DNA of 59,605 nucleotides, filler included, from Barthelona sp. PAP020 (taxonomy: Eukaryota), in assembly GCA_040182905.1 (NCBI GenBank). It is 3 parts of 3 records of this genome, joined end to end, with 100 filler letters (N's around TTAATTAATTAA, not from the genome) between each part and the next. Parts side by side here need not be neighbours in the genome. Positions count along the whole stretch, not along the records: positions 1 to 19,876 come from JARQWU010000202.1; 2 more parts are not named here. One strand, 5' to 3'. Of the stretch, positions 1 to 10,676 are shown in pieces (within the stretch, counting starts at the first letter, position 1; each line of letters opens with the position of its first letter). The translations under genes and the position numbers were made by a program. Under the pieces are notes generated by a model. That model was given only the letters and a program-made list of their open reading frames with translations, had not been told where the DNA came from and made no database searches.

Positions 1-1
1 A

Positions 2-937
2 GGGGAATTGTTAAATTCTATCATTTGTGGTGTTGATGGTCCATTACCAGTCAAAAAATTGACACCTTCAATACATGTTTCTGAGGATAGTGTAGCTAGT
101 CTAGTTCAAGGAAAAGATGCTCCAATACAGATAAAACAGATGAATCGTGTTTTAAGTCGTAAAACGCGTCCTAAATCAACACCAAATATTCAAAATACCT
201 CCTCTAAATTAATGAGAGATGTTTCAAGTCAAATTATGAAAAGAACAAAACGTAATCCAAGAAGATTGGTTGAAGAATTCCGTTTAACTGATAGGGGTGA
301 ACAAGGATTTATAAAAAGCATTGATTTTGTTAAAAGTTTAAAATCTTCGGGTATTCAATTGAATAATCAAGAAACAAATGGGTTATTACAAGAATTAGAT
401 CCTTTAAAAACTGGGCACATACCTTATAGACATTTTATTGATAAAATAGCCAATGCTGATAGTCTTAATGACAGAACCATTGATTATCCTATCAATAGAG
501 CGATTAATCGTACCTTTATATCAGATTTGAATAAATCTGAGTCACCGAAACATCAACAAAGAAGAAGATATGTTCCTTCTCCTGAAACTAAAGAAGTTCA
601 AGCTTTCAAGCCCAGACTTGATCACAGACATTTTCAATCCTCTGAAATATTTCAAGCTCCTTCTGAACCTCTCAAAAGAGAGAAAAGATTTGGTCGATTC
701 AATCCTAATTTCAGGCCTCATTCAGCGCCAAAATTTAATTCTAGCACATATTTTGTTTCACCATTAACTCCAAAAAAACCTATAATGATGGTAAAAGACA
801 TTAAATCTACACCATTAACTCCTTCAAATACTCAAAGACAAACATTTGATGTTTTAAGAGATCCAATGAAACCATTACAACATCGTCCTGCAAAGAGAAT
901 GATTCCTCAAAAGACTGCAAATATATTATTCTTTTAG
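2..937 (+). CDS. EF-hand pair protein with basic Pro/Ser-rich tail, 5'-truncated at the window edge
   Basis: The frame is open from position 2. It contains a degenerate EF-hand pair (FRLTDRGEQGFIKSIDF; LQELDPLKTGHIPYRHF). Stop TAG at 935-937. Confidence 0.6.
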   Translation, partial: GELLNSIICGVDGPLPVKKLTPSIHVSEDSVASLVQGKDAPIQIKQMNRVLSRKTRPKSTPNIQNTSSKLMRDVSSQIMKRTKRNPRRLVEEFRLTDRGEQGFIKSIDFVKSLKSSGIQLNNQETNGLLQELDPLKTGHIPYRHFIDKIANADSLNDRTIDYPINRAINRTFISDLNKSESPKHQQRRRYVPSPETKEVQAFKPRLDHRHFQSSEIFQAPSEPLKREKRFGRFNPNFRPHSAPKFNSSTYFVSPLTPKKPIMMVKDIKSTPLTPSNTQRQTFDVLRDPMKPLQHRPAKRMIPQKTANILFF

Positions 938-1302
938 GATTTTAACTTTAATGCGGTTTTGAATGAAAAAAAGAAATTTCATCAAAGTTTTTCTTTTTTT
1001 ATTTTACTCTTCCAAAGAATTATACTGAAAGTATATCTCTTGTGTATATAAAGCTTTTTATATTTATTATTATTTCTATTTGGTATTTTTTCACCTTTTT
1101 TTGATTAATTTTCAAAGAAACAATTAAATGAGGTTGAATTCAATTCTTTCTTTTTCTATTTTTAATTAAAAAATTATTCAAAAGACATAAAAAATGTATG
1201 AAAAATAATAAAAACAAAACAAACTATTTATAAACGAAAAAATGAATATTTCAAAAGAAATGAATGTATAAATACAATACAAAAATTTTTGAATCACAAA
1301 AT

Positions 1303-4300
1303 TTATTTAATCAAACCTTTTAAAACAATCTTCTTTTGCATTTTTTCTTTTTCTTCTTCAACTTTTCTTTTTAATTCTTCATTAGAAATTAAAAAATCCA
1401 ATTTCCAAACACGAATAAATCTTGAATCTTCAACTATTAATCTTTTTTCAACAAAATCGAAATAAAGTTTATTTTCACCAGGTTCTGTTATTTCAATTGG
1501 GCTTATACCTATTCTATTCCCTGTGAATATGTCTAAGAATTTTATTATTCCTTGATGTAAACTAACACATAAAACATTAGTGCCTTTCAAAACCATACAA
1601 TCTTCAACGATTGACTCTGAATGAATATTGATTATTTGATCTAATTTCACAGATATGGGAGAATCTAATGCATTGACAGCATTTTGACTTTGAGGATTTT
1701 TAATGTCAAAAGCTTTGAAAGTATCGAATTCAATTTTAAATTTCAAAATAGCATTTAACAAAGGTAAACAAATGATAATTTGCTCTGAAGATACAACTTT
1801 TAAGAAACTGGTATTCAATTGATTTTGAATTTGATCAATATTGGTAAAAATTTCGTCCAAAATTGAATTGTTGATTGAAAAACTTTTTAAATGGACAAAA
1901 TCGTTCATAAATTCTTCGACAATGTAACCAGGTTTTAACCAAGAGAAATACCAAAAATTGACAATTCTTTCTTTTTTGTTGAAAGTTAAAAAAGTTAAAT
2001 AATTGCCTTGTGACCCCAATTCAGCAAAATCTCCTTTCAATGTATACAATAAGATTTGATCAACAGCTAAATTTAAATGGGCTAAGGTTTGACCACATAC
2101 GACAGCTTTTTCATCAGAAATATTGAAATCAATATTTACTATAATAACTCTACCATAACTATCACCACAAACAATAAAACCTTCATTCAAAAACAAACAA
2201 GATGTGTAAATGCTTGGATTACTAATGTGTGAACATGGTAATTGAATACGTCTTGTCTTTAAAATCATTGTTTCATCGACTTTTTTAACATGTAAAACAT
2301 TAGCCTTGGTGATAAATGCTACGAATAAAGTATCATCAAAATGTTCACAAGTCTTTGTAGTAACGTTATAAATCATGTCTGGATCCATAATTTGAACATT
2401 CATACTATTATTATATATGTCAATAATGCGTAAATATTCATCAATAAACATACATAAGTTAAAAGTATCATGATTTAAAACATGAATCGAATTATGATCT
2501 TCGGTTTCATTTGGATAAGTTGTACAAACAGACAAATGTTTTGACGTTCCCAAACTTTCTTTTGTATTGATACTTGGATTAAGGTTTGACATGTTCAAAT
2601 CATCTCCATATGAAAAGGTATCAATGATCTGATTATTATTTTCAATTTTTAAATGATCTTTAAGAGTCAAATTAGACATCTCATTAGCAGTTTCCAAATG
2701 TTGTGCCAATTTTTCTTTAAATTTTTTTCTCATTATTGGAGTAGGAATATCCTTATTTTCGTTTTCAAGTTCAAGCAATGTATCATTATCAAGATTTTCT
2801 CGGTTTAATCCATGTTCATGCATTGGTGATAAATTCATGAAATGTAAAGTATCTTTTTCTCCAAATTCACTGTTCTCTTTATCTTGTTCTTGATCTTCGT
2901 CTAACAAAGCAAAACTAGTTTTACAAGCCTTTTCATGGAATTCTAAGGGATTTCTATTCTTAAAATGTTCTTCAACATCCAATTTTTGTTGTTTGATGAA
3001 AATATCATTTAAATCACTGTAAGGTAATGGAGTATCTTCTTCAACAATTATAACTTTATTGGTTTTAAAATAATTATCAACTTGGACGGTTGGACTAACA
3101 ATATTTTTTCCGATGAATCTCCATTTGATCATTGAACAACTATTCATAGCTGTCGATATTAAATACTTTCCATCAGGAGAAAACAATAAACATCCAACAT
3201 TTTGATGATGAGCTGCAAATTTTTGTAAAAAGGTTATGTGTTTTTCCACTGTGGAAAATTTATTTTTCAACACACTGTTATTGATACCATAGATTTCAAT
3301 TTGACCATTTGAACAACCAATAACCATATATTTAAAATTAGGTGAAACATCAACAACATAATCAAATTTATTCAATTTGTAATAATCGACTAATGACAAG
3401 GTCATTAAATCAAAAATAAAAATATCCTTTGAAAAAAGGTATAAATAATTGTGATCAACACTAACAAATAACTTACATTTGGTCAAATGAGTTTGCAATT
3501 TTTTATCATTGATTAGATTGGAAATATTTAAAGTTTTCCAAATTTTCAATGTTTTGATGTTTATACTAACCAAAATCACATCTTTATTTTCAGATAAATA
3601 GGTTAAATAAACCATATCCAAATCAACAACCATGTCAACAAAGGTTTGACCAAATGAATGTTCTCCAAATGTTTGGGGACCAAAATTTTTCAAAAATACA
3701 TATCCAATATTCTGAAATTTAGTTAAATCTAAGATAAACAATTCACCTTCAGAACTTAAACATATGCTGCATAATTCATTGCTTCTACTCTCATTTAAAA
3801 ACATTTGGGTTTTTAAAATGACAGCTTGCACACTATTTTCATTTTGTAGTGCTTGTTCAAATAGAATTTCAAATGTTTCAGTATCCAAAACCCTTAAAAT
3901 ACCACTTAACATACAAATAATTAAATACTTATTGTAAAATTCAATGTCAATCACAATATCGTTGCGCACATGAAACTCAGTAGATTGAGTATTCGTCTCA
4001 AAGCTCCAAAGTTTGAAACAATTTTCTCCAGAACTCAAAGACAGCAATTTGTAGTCATCATATACATTACGAATCTTTTGAAAAGTCAATCTATCAATGG
4101 GTGTTTGATGACTTCTCAATAGTGTTGAATCCATCTTAGCATTATAATCGATCATTACAGCCGTTCCAGTTATAGTTTTGATGAATATCTTAGAACCTGA
4201 AAATTTCATTCCAATAATACCATGTCTCAAAGGAGCTTCTAATAATAATTCCAAAAAGTCAGGTGACCATAATCGAACTGTTCTATCCAAAGAACAAGTC

Positions 4301-5457
4301 GCTACAAAAGCGCTACCAACAATTATTTGAGAAATACTGTCATCATGCAAACGCATGGTGGCTTTGATTTTATTTTCTTGCAAATCAATGATCAATATAT
4401 AGCCACTAGTGGTACCAACAAGCAATTTTGGAGTATTTTCTAGCACTTCAGACACGTTTGATTGTTTCAATTCAAAATCAGATGGATAATAGGGTGCAGC
4501 ACATGTAATTACCATGTTAAGATCCTTAGGAGGAATTAAAAAATGTGAAGTTATCTTATTTGAATGATAAGACCTGTGACTATATAATGAATTTTCATTA
4601 AAAGTTATATATCTAAAAGCATTACTTGATGAACTCAAAAGATGACATCCTCTAATGGGACTATTGAGTGTTCCAGAATGCGTTTTAACTATTCTGTGAG
4701 ACAACTCCTTGAAATGTTTGCTAGAAAACACACTAAAAGAATCTTCTGCCAAACAGTTTAAAGTGTATATTTCCATTATGGATTTTCCACTACTTGTACC
4801 GATTAATAATAGTTTCATCGTTGTTTCATCAATTTCCATGTGGGACACACGATCTATATTCGTATCAATCCTTTTAAGACTTAACGTAAAACATTGGTGT
4901 TTCAAAGTTTGAATACGTTCTAATTCTAACGTGGTAGCAGAAAAATATTCCTCAATACTATCCCTGCTGATGAACCACATCTTAAAATCAAACCTTTTAG
5001 CAACTTCTACATAATTAGATATCGAGAAAAATACCATATATTCAGTTCCACGATAATAATAAGGTTCACCAAAAAGAGTCAAATGCGATATAGGTGTTGC
5101 ATGGGCTAAAATCAAACATTGTCTTCCATTACTATAATCAGTTAAAACAATATGATTTTCACTCGCAAATAGTATAATATTATCATAAAATGTGGATAAA
5201 ATCATTCCATTCAATGAAAAACAATGATCAGGTATCATCAACCATTCAGTTTTACTCTTCAATAAGGTTGGTGGACTACGTGTCGGTGTAGATGGAGCAT
5301 ATCTTTCCGGCAACTTTCTTTCACTCATACTAATAGGTTCGATTTTTTTGGCATCAATTCGTAACATATCCACCATCGATTGCGGTCCTGTTAACCCTCT
5401 AGATGCATCAACATCATCATCAGATAATTCATCTCTACTTTTCATCCCAATATTCAT
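1303..5457 (-). CDS. WDR90: WD40-repeat centriole/basal-body protein, WDR90/POC16-like
   Basis: 1384 aa with multiple WD repeats. The segment ATCSLDRTVRLWSPDFLELLLEA...LLRSHQTPI...FKLWSFETNTQSTEF resembles the WDR90 RLWPLDF..LLEA...RSH signature as I recall it. Confidence 0.7.
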   Translation of the reverse strand: MNIGMKSRDELSDDDVDASRGLTGPQSMVDMLRIDAKKIEPISMSERKLPERYAPSTPTRSPPTLLKSKTEWLMIPDHCFSLNGMILSTFYDNIILFASENHIVLTDYSNGRQCLILAHATPISHLTLFGEPYYYRGTEYMVFFSISNYVEVAKRFDFKMWFISRDSIEEYFSATTLELERIQTLKHQCFTLSLKRIDTNIDRVSHMEIDETTMKLLLIGTSSGKSIMEIYTLNCLAEDSFSVFSSKHFKELSHRIVKTHSGTLNSPIRGCHLLSSSSNAFRYITFNENSLYSHRSYHSNKITSHFLIPPKDLNMVITCAAPYYPSDFELKQSNVSEVLENTPKLLVGTTSGYILIIDLQENKIKATMRLHDDSISQIIVGSAFVATCSLDRTVRLWSPDFLELLLEAPLRHGIIGMKFSGSKIFIKTITGTAVMIDYNAKMDSTLLRSHQTPIDRLTFQKIRNVYDDYKLLSLSSGENCFKLWSFETNTQSTEFHVRNDIVIDIEFYNKYLIICMLSGILRVLDTETFEILFEQALQNENSVQAVILKTQMFLNESRSNELCSICLSSEGELFILDLTKFQNIGYVFLKNFGPQTFGEHSFGQTFVDMVVDLDMVYLTYLSENKDVILVSINIKTLKIWKTLNISNLINDKKLQTHLTKCKLFVSVDHNYLYLFSKDIFIFDLMTLSLVDYYKLNKFDYVVDVSPNFKYMVIGCSNGQIEIYGINNSVLKNKFSTVEKHITFLQKFAAHHQNVGCLLFSPDGKYLISTAMNSCSMIKWRFIGKNIVSPTVQVDNYFKTNKVIIVEEDTPLPYSDLNDIFIKQQKLDVEEHFKNRNPLEFHEKACKTSFALLDEDQEQDKENSEFGEKDTLHFMNLSPMHEHGLNRENLDNDTLLELENENKDIPTPIMRKKFKEKLAQHLETANEMSNLTLKDHLKIENNNQIIDTFSYGDDLNMSNLNPSINTKESLGTSKHLSVCTTYPNETEDHNSIHVLNHDTFNLCMFIDEYLRIIDIYNNSMNVQIMDPDMIYNVTTKTCEHFDDTLFVAFITKANVLHVKKVDETMILKTRRIQLPCSHISNPSIYTSCLFLNEGFIVCGDSYGRVIIVNIDFNISDEKAVVCGQTLAHLNLAVDQILLYTLKGDFAELGSQGNYLTFLTFNKKERIVNFWYFSWLKPGYIVEEFMNDFVHLKSFSINNSILDEIFTNIDQIQNQLNTSFLKVVSSEQIIICLPLLNAILKFKIEFDTFKAFDIKNPQSQNAVNALDSPISVKLDQIINIHSESIVEDCMVLKGTNVLCVSLHQGIIKFLDIFTGNRIGISPIEITEPGENKLYFDFVEKRLIVEDSRFIRVWKLDFLISNEELKRKVEEEKEKMQKKIVLKGLIK

Positions 5458-5649
5458 CGTTATTAAGAAAGAAAATCAAGAAAAAAAAAATTTCATAATT
5501 CATTCGAAACCGCGTATTCATTCCTCTTCTCATTTTCCCAATAAAAACCCTATTTTTATATTTTGATTCATGATTATAAGAAAACTTTCAAAAAAATGTG
5601 AAGAATTCATTTATTTTACAATCTCAATTTTTATTGTTTTTGTTTTTCA

Positions 5650-5985
5650 ATGAAAAAAGCCACAGACAATTTAACACTCTTCTTAGCTGCTGTTTATGCC
5701 AGAAATTATGAAGCTGCAGAATGCATTGCTCAAGTTATATTAAAAAATGAACCAAATCAAGAAATTGTCAAACAAATCGTTGATACTTTAGCTGAATTGA
5801 AGAAAACTGAAGAATTATGTGAAGAATTTGACGAAAATAGCAATTATGAATCCGGTAGCGATTCCAGTGAAGATGAAAGTGAAAGCGAAACCGAAAGCCA
5901 AAGTGATAATGAAAGCGATGATAGCGATATCGAAAATGAAAATAATCCCAAGGATAATTTTATTGAAAATAGTGACAGATTATGA
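5650..5985 (+). CDS. Small acidic protein, ERICH2-like
   Basis: An N-terminal helical hairpin FLAAVYARNYEAAECIAQVILKNEPNQ resembles the ERICH2 core. It is followed by an E/D/S-rich tail. Confidence 0.5.
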   Translation: MKKATDNLTLFLAAVYARNYEAAECIAQVILKNEPNQEIVKQIVDTLAELKKTEELCEEFDENSNYESGSDSSEDESESETESQSDNESDDSDIENENNPKDNFIENSDRL

Positions 5986-6311
5986 TTTGCAAATTATTAT
6001 CAAACTTATTGAACAGTTTCCTTTGCTCTTTCCGATTTCAATATTCTGTATTTTTTGTAAATTTAGTCTTTTTATTCATTTTTTCTTTCTTTTCATTGAA
6101 AAAGAAGAAAAAAATACATAATTCAAAATATTTTTACATTTGCATAAAACCAAATCAATACATATTAATTCAAAAAATAAAATAAATCAAAAACAATCCA
6201 AACTTGAAAATGTGATGGAAAAATCATTTTGGTTTCTCTTTTTATAGAAATGCAAAAAATTATATTTTGGAAAATAATTTAACCTAATCTTTACATATAA
6301 TTTACAAACGA

Positions 6312-7373
6312 ATGCAAGAAAGAAAATTGCCCAAACTCAATTTAAAATTAAAATATCATGCACTTGTTAATATCATTTCAATATTTGGTTTAATTTGTGT
6401 ATTTTATGGTTATTTTTCAACCAAATACATATGTCCGAGATATAATATTTGTATTTTGCCATCTTTTTTCAATTATCACACTGAAATTTTTGTGATGATA
6501 ATGTTTGGTATTTGGAGATTGATAATAATTTCCTCAAATACTATTGAATTCAAACGTTTATTAGTTTTAATTATTGGTACGACCATTGTTTATTATGTAT
6601 TGCCAGTTTTTTTTCCAAATTTTTTAATTCCCACTTTTGGGATATTTACCCAAGCCGGTTTAAATGGCATTCATGTACCTGGTAGTACAATGTTTTTTTT
6701 GTATCCATTCATTGGAATGATACTCTTTGGAAGAAGAATAGATTGTGGGTGGATGTGCACATGTGTGTCTTTAAGAGATACTGTTGGATATTCATTTCGG
6801 CCTAAAACACTCAAAAAATTTGATTTTTATTATAGTTTGCGACATTTGAAATGGTTTTTTGGTGTTGATATGTGTTTTGTTGCGCTTTTTGCTATTAGTC
6901 CTCAAATTAATTGGTTAAACAATTTTTTGATTAACATACATCTTATGGACACATTTAAAAGCACAGTTTTAACAATTTGGGGATATTTGGGAATATTTTA
7001 TTACAGTTCGTTATTGTTAATTCCGTTTACCGGTAATCGTTTATTTTGTCGATGGTTATGTCCATATGCTTGGTTGTTTGGATGGATGAATAAAATTGGT
7101 TTATACAGAGTAGAAATTAACAACGATTTATGCATCGGCTGCAAAAAATGTGAGGCTCAATGCGATATGGGAATACCTTTGACAGAAATTGCGCACAAGA
7201 GTGGGGAATCGATTGTCCAAATTAAAGAAACTGAATGCACAGGATGTAATCGTTGTGAAACTGCTTGCAAAAAGAATGCTATTGAGATCTCATCAATTTC
7301 TAATTTATTTAAAAACGATGTTGAAACAGTACAGTTTCGAACTAGCAGCACAAACGCATACATCATCATATAA
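6312..7373 (+). CDS. Polytopic membrane 4Fe-4S protein of the NapH/MauN/RdxA/FixG superfamily (prokaryote-type)
   Basis: About 6 hydrophobic segments. Two CxxxC motifs follow TM helices (GRRIDCGWMCTC, NRLFCRWLCPY), and two C-terminal ferredoxin motifs are present (CIGCKKCEAQC, CTGCNRCETAC). Confidence 0.85.
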   Translation: MQERKLPKLNLKLKYHALVNIISIFGLICVFYGYFSTKYICPRYNICILPSFFNYHTEIFVMIMFGIWRLIIISSNTIEFKRLLVLIIGTTIVYYVLPVFFPNFLIPTFGIFTQAGLNGIHVPGSTMFFLYPFIGMILFGRRIDCGWMCTCVSLRDTVGYSFRPKTLKKFDFYYSLRHLKWFFGVDMCFVALFAISPQINWLNNFLINIHLMDTFKSTVLTIWGYLGIFYYSSLLLIPFTGNRLFCRWLCPYAWLFGWMNKIGLYRVEINNDLCIGCKKCEAQCDMGIPLTEIAHKSGESIVQIKETECTGCNRCETACKKNAIEISSISNLFKNDVETVQFRTSSTNAYIII

Positions 7374-7685
7374 AAAGCTTTTTTTTTTTTTTGTTCGAAA
7401 AGTGGCTGTGAGGAGCTTTTTACTTATTTGCACAGATAAAATTGAGAATTCAATTAATTCTTTGACAAATTCAACAAACCTAAATAATAATTGACACTTT
7501 CCTCCAATCCATGTGCTAACATCACAGGACAACAGCAAAAAACCAAAAAAAAAAAGGATAGAAATCATTTATTGCCATCAAAAACTATATACATAAAGAA
7601 TTAAACCGTGTCTAAAACTCAAAATCAAAAAATGAAAGATTTAAAAAACAATACAAAAAACAATTGAAAACAGAATTAAATTTTT

Positions 7686-8708
7686 CTAAAAATTGTTGTC
7701 AATTGACAAGAGGTCTTCATCAGCCAAAGAATTTAAATTGGGTATACTATTTAACAATATTGAAGAACTATGTGGAGCTATTTGTAAATTATCATTCTTT
7801 GGGGATGTTGAAGACATGTATGGTGAAGAAGGTTTGGAATAAACATGAGTTGGAGGTGTTGATATTTCATAATCCTCAGATTCCGGTAAAATGTAACGTT
7901 GATTTAAAGAGTGATTAATTGGTTGCTGCTGAGATGAATGCAATGATTGAGTTATTTGTGATTGGAATTGTCCTTGTGTTTGTGGTTGAAGTTGGGGGTG
8001 CATCTGAGGCAAATTTGATGGAATAGATTGATGTGACTGATCTATGTGTGGCTGTGACATATTAACTTGTGAACCAACTTGTATTTGTGATTGTAATGAT
8101 GAAACCGGATGATGCTGCATTTGTGAACTTTGAATTTGATTGCTTGCCATTTGTTGATGAACATTTCCTGATGTTTGAATAGAATGTTGCATCATTTGAG
8201 GTATTTGCGATAATTGATGCATTTGATGCATTTGTAATTGATTCTGCAACTGAGACAAATGATGAAGTTGACCTTGCACTCCTGGTACTCCGGAAAATGG
8301 TCCAGGAAAGGGTTGACCTGGTGCTGAAATATGTGAAGGAGACAAAGGTGAAATTTTGTTTGGACTCAAACGAGGAGAAGATGCCAGATGAATATTAGAA
8401 GCAGCAATATTCATTGGACTTGGCATTTGGTAAATTTGAGGCATCTGAGGATTATAATGAGAGTATGGTGCCATCGGTTGTCGACTACTATTATCTCCAA
8501 TTACAAAATTTGAATTGGGATAAGGAATTTGTTGATAAGGTAATGAAGTTAAAGAATAAGGCATCTGTATTGATGAATTACCCATGGCCATGTTTGCAGC
8601 ATATGGAAGACCTGGCGGATAATACTGCAAAACATTGGATTGATTTCTTATTTGTTGATTTGACTGGTTTAAATTTGCAGTATTTTGGGGAGATAAAGAT
8701 GGATTCAT
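7686..8708 (-). CDS. Q/P/S/M/H-rich low-complexity protein of unknown function
   Basis: 340 aa open frame with ATG start and an in-frame upstream stop. Prion-like composition and no recognisable folded domain. Confidence 0.7.
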   Translation of the reverse strand: MNPSLSPQNTANLNQSNQQIRNQSNVLQYYPPGLPYAANMAMGNSSIQMPYSLTSLPYQQIPYPNSNFVIGDNSSRQPMAPYSHYNPQMPQIYQMPSPMNIAASNIHLASSPRLSPNKISPLSPSHISAPGQPFPGPFSGVPGVQGQLHHLSQLQNQLQMHQMHQLSQIPQMMQHSIQTSGNVHQQMASNQIQSSQMQHHPVSSLQSQIQVGSQVNMSQPHIDQSHQSIPSNLPQMHPQLQPQTQGQFQSQITQSLHSSQQQPINHSLNQRYILPESEDYEISTPPTHVYSKPSSPYMSSTSPKNDNLQIAPHSSSILLNSIPNLNSLADEDLLSIDNNF

Positions 8709-9081
8709 TTGAAACGATGAAACATGTGATCAAAATATATCGAATGAAGTTATTTTCATGGAGGACTTTTAAGGATTAACATCTGACTTAATCTCCAGTG
8801 AGATTTTGATCCTGTTTTGCGTTCTTTTCCCAACCAAACCAATATAAATTCTAGTGAAGCATTCTTTTACGATATATATAGCAAATTTCTTTATTTTTTT
8901 TCTGAAACACTTGAAAAAAAAAATTTCTTTTTCAAAGATTTTCCTTTTTCAAATCAAATGATGGCTATCATTTGCATCAATCATATCAAATTTTGAAAAA
9001 TAAACCTAAACCATGGAAAAAAAATGATAATTCTTAATTTTCCTGTTTTTTTGTTTTGTTTTTGTTGTGAAATCTTTATAT

Positions 9082-10440
9082 ATGATGCAAGAATACGAGG
9101 TTAAAGCTCTTGAACAATTAGTTAAACTAGCAAAAGAAGGAAAAGAAATTGAATGGGATTCTGTTCAAGCTTTGAATTCAGAATCTTATTGTGAATATAA
9201 TGTTCTGGATTCTGTTGAAGAAAATGAACTTGAAAACGTGTTATCTAAAGTTGCCATTATCAAATTAAATGGTGGTTTAGGAACTTCAATGGGATGTTCA
9301 TATCCAAAATCGTTGATAACTGTTACTGAAGGAAAATGTTTTTTAGAAATTGTTTTAGGACAAATATTTCAATTAGAAAGTAGATTTAAGGTAGATATTC
9401 CTGTTTATTTGATGAATTCCCCTTTCACAAATGATGAAACCCAGAAATTTTTAAATGATAAAGGGCTTTCAAACAAAGTGTCATGTGTTGTTCAATCATT
9501 TTTACCAAGACTTAATCCCAATACTTTTGAACCTTTGGCCAGCACAAAAGAAGATCTCAAATTATGGTATCCACCTGGTCATGGTGATTTATGGCGTACT
9601 TTATATAACACTGGAGTTTTGCAAGACCTTAAGAATAGAGGTATTTCCAAAGTGTTTGTTTCTAACATAGATAATCTTGGTGCTACATTGGATTTAAAAA
9701 TTTTAAAGCATTTGATTGGAGAAAACAATCATTTTGGTGTTGAGTTAACTCCCAAAACAGTTGCAGATGTTAAAGGTGGTACTATTGTTGATGTTAATGG
9801 GAAAAAAATGTTATTAGAGATCGCTCAAGTGCCAAAAGAAAATGTGAATGAATTTAAGAGTATTTCAAAGTTTTCTACTTTCAACACCAATAATTTGTGG
9901 TTTGATGTTGATGAAACGATGAATTTGTTGCAGTATTATGAAGGTGAAATTCCTTTAACCGTTATTAAGAACAATAAGAAATATAAAAACCAGCCCGTTT
10001 TACAGTTGGAACAAGCAATGGGTGATATGGTTCAATTCTTTTCAAACGTTGTTTTATTCAATGTTCCAAGAACTCGATTTGTACCTGTCAAAAAAACCAG
10101 TGATCTCTTACTTGTTCGAAGCAATCTGTTTACAATTTTAAATGGTGAATTTATGAGAAATAAAGAAGCGGATCATTGGAAAAACAATCAAGTTCCTCCT
10201 TTGATTCGTTTTGGCCCCGAATTTAAAGAATTGGAAAGTTTTGAAAAAAGTTTTGAAAAAATTCCAGATTTATGCAAATGCTGTAGCTTTACTATATGTG
10301 GAAAGGTTCAAATAAAAGAAAAACTTGATATTGTTGGAGATGTGGTCGTAATTGCTGCTGAAAATGAAATTGTTTTTAGTGAAAAAGAGATTATTGCAAA
10401 TCGAATTATTACTGATAACGGTTATGATGAAGAATTATAA
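9082..10440 (+). CDS. UGP1: UTP--glucose-1-phosphate uridylyltransferase (eukaryotic UGPase)
   Basis: Motifs KLNGGLGTSMGC, WYPPGHGD, SNIDNLGAT, DVKGG, FNTNNLW and RFVPVKKTSDLLL. First ATG at 9082; the ORF track starts at a GTG. Confidence 0.95.
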   Translation: MMQEYEVKALEQLVKLAKEGKEIEWDSVQALNSESYCEYNVLDSVEENELENVLSKVAIIKLNGGLGTSMGCSYPKSLITVTEGKCFLEIVLGQIFQLESRFKVDIPVYLMNSPFTNDETQKFLNDKGLSNKVSCVVQSFLPRLNPNTFEPLASTKEDLKLWYPPGHGDLWRTLYNTGVLQDLKNRGISKVFVSNIDNLGATLDLKILKHLIGENNHFGVELTPKTVADVKGGTIVDVNGKKMLLEIAQVPKENVNEFKSISKFSTFNTNNLWFDVDETMNLLQYYEGEIPLTVIKNNKKYKNQPVLQLEQAMGDMVQFFSNVVLFNVPRTRFVPVKKTSDLLLVRSNLFTILNGEFMRNKEADHWKNNQVPPLIRFGPEFKELESFEKSFEKIPDLCKCCSFTICGKVQIKEKLDIVGDVVVIAAENEIVFSEKEIIANRIITDNGYDEEL

Positions 10441-10676
10441 GAATTGTGTTTTTATCAATAAATTGTATATTTTTTTTTTCTTCAATTTTGAGAACAATGG
10501 CGCCTTTTTTTTCTTCAACAATGAGAGGATGAATTAAATCCTAAGGAAACACATTCTTTATTTCATATAAACACTAGTTTCATTGTTATAAATGTGTCAT
10601 TTTATTGAAAACAAAAAAATTCTGTTGTATTAATTTTATTCATTGTCAATCACATTCTTTCATTATCAAAAAACAA

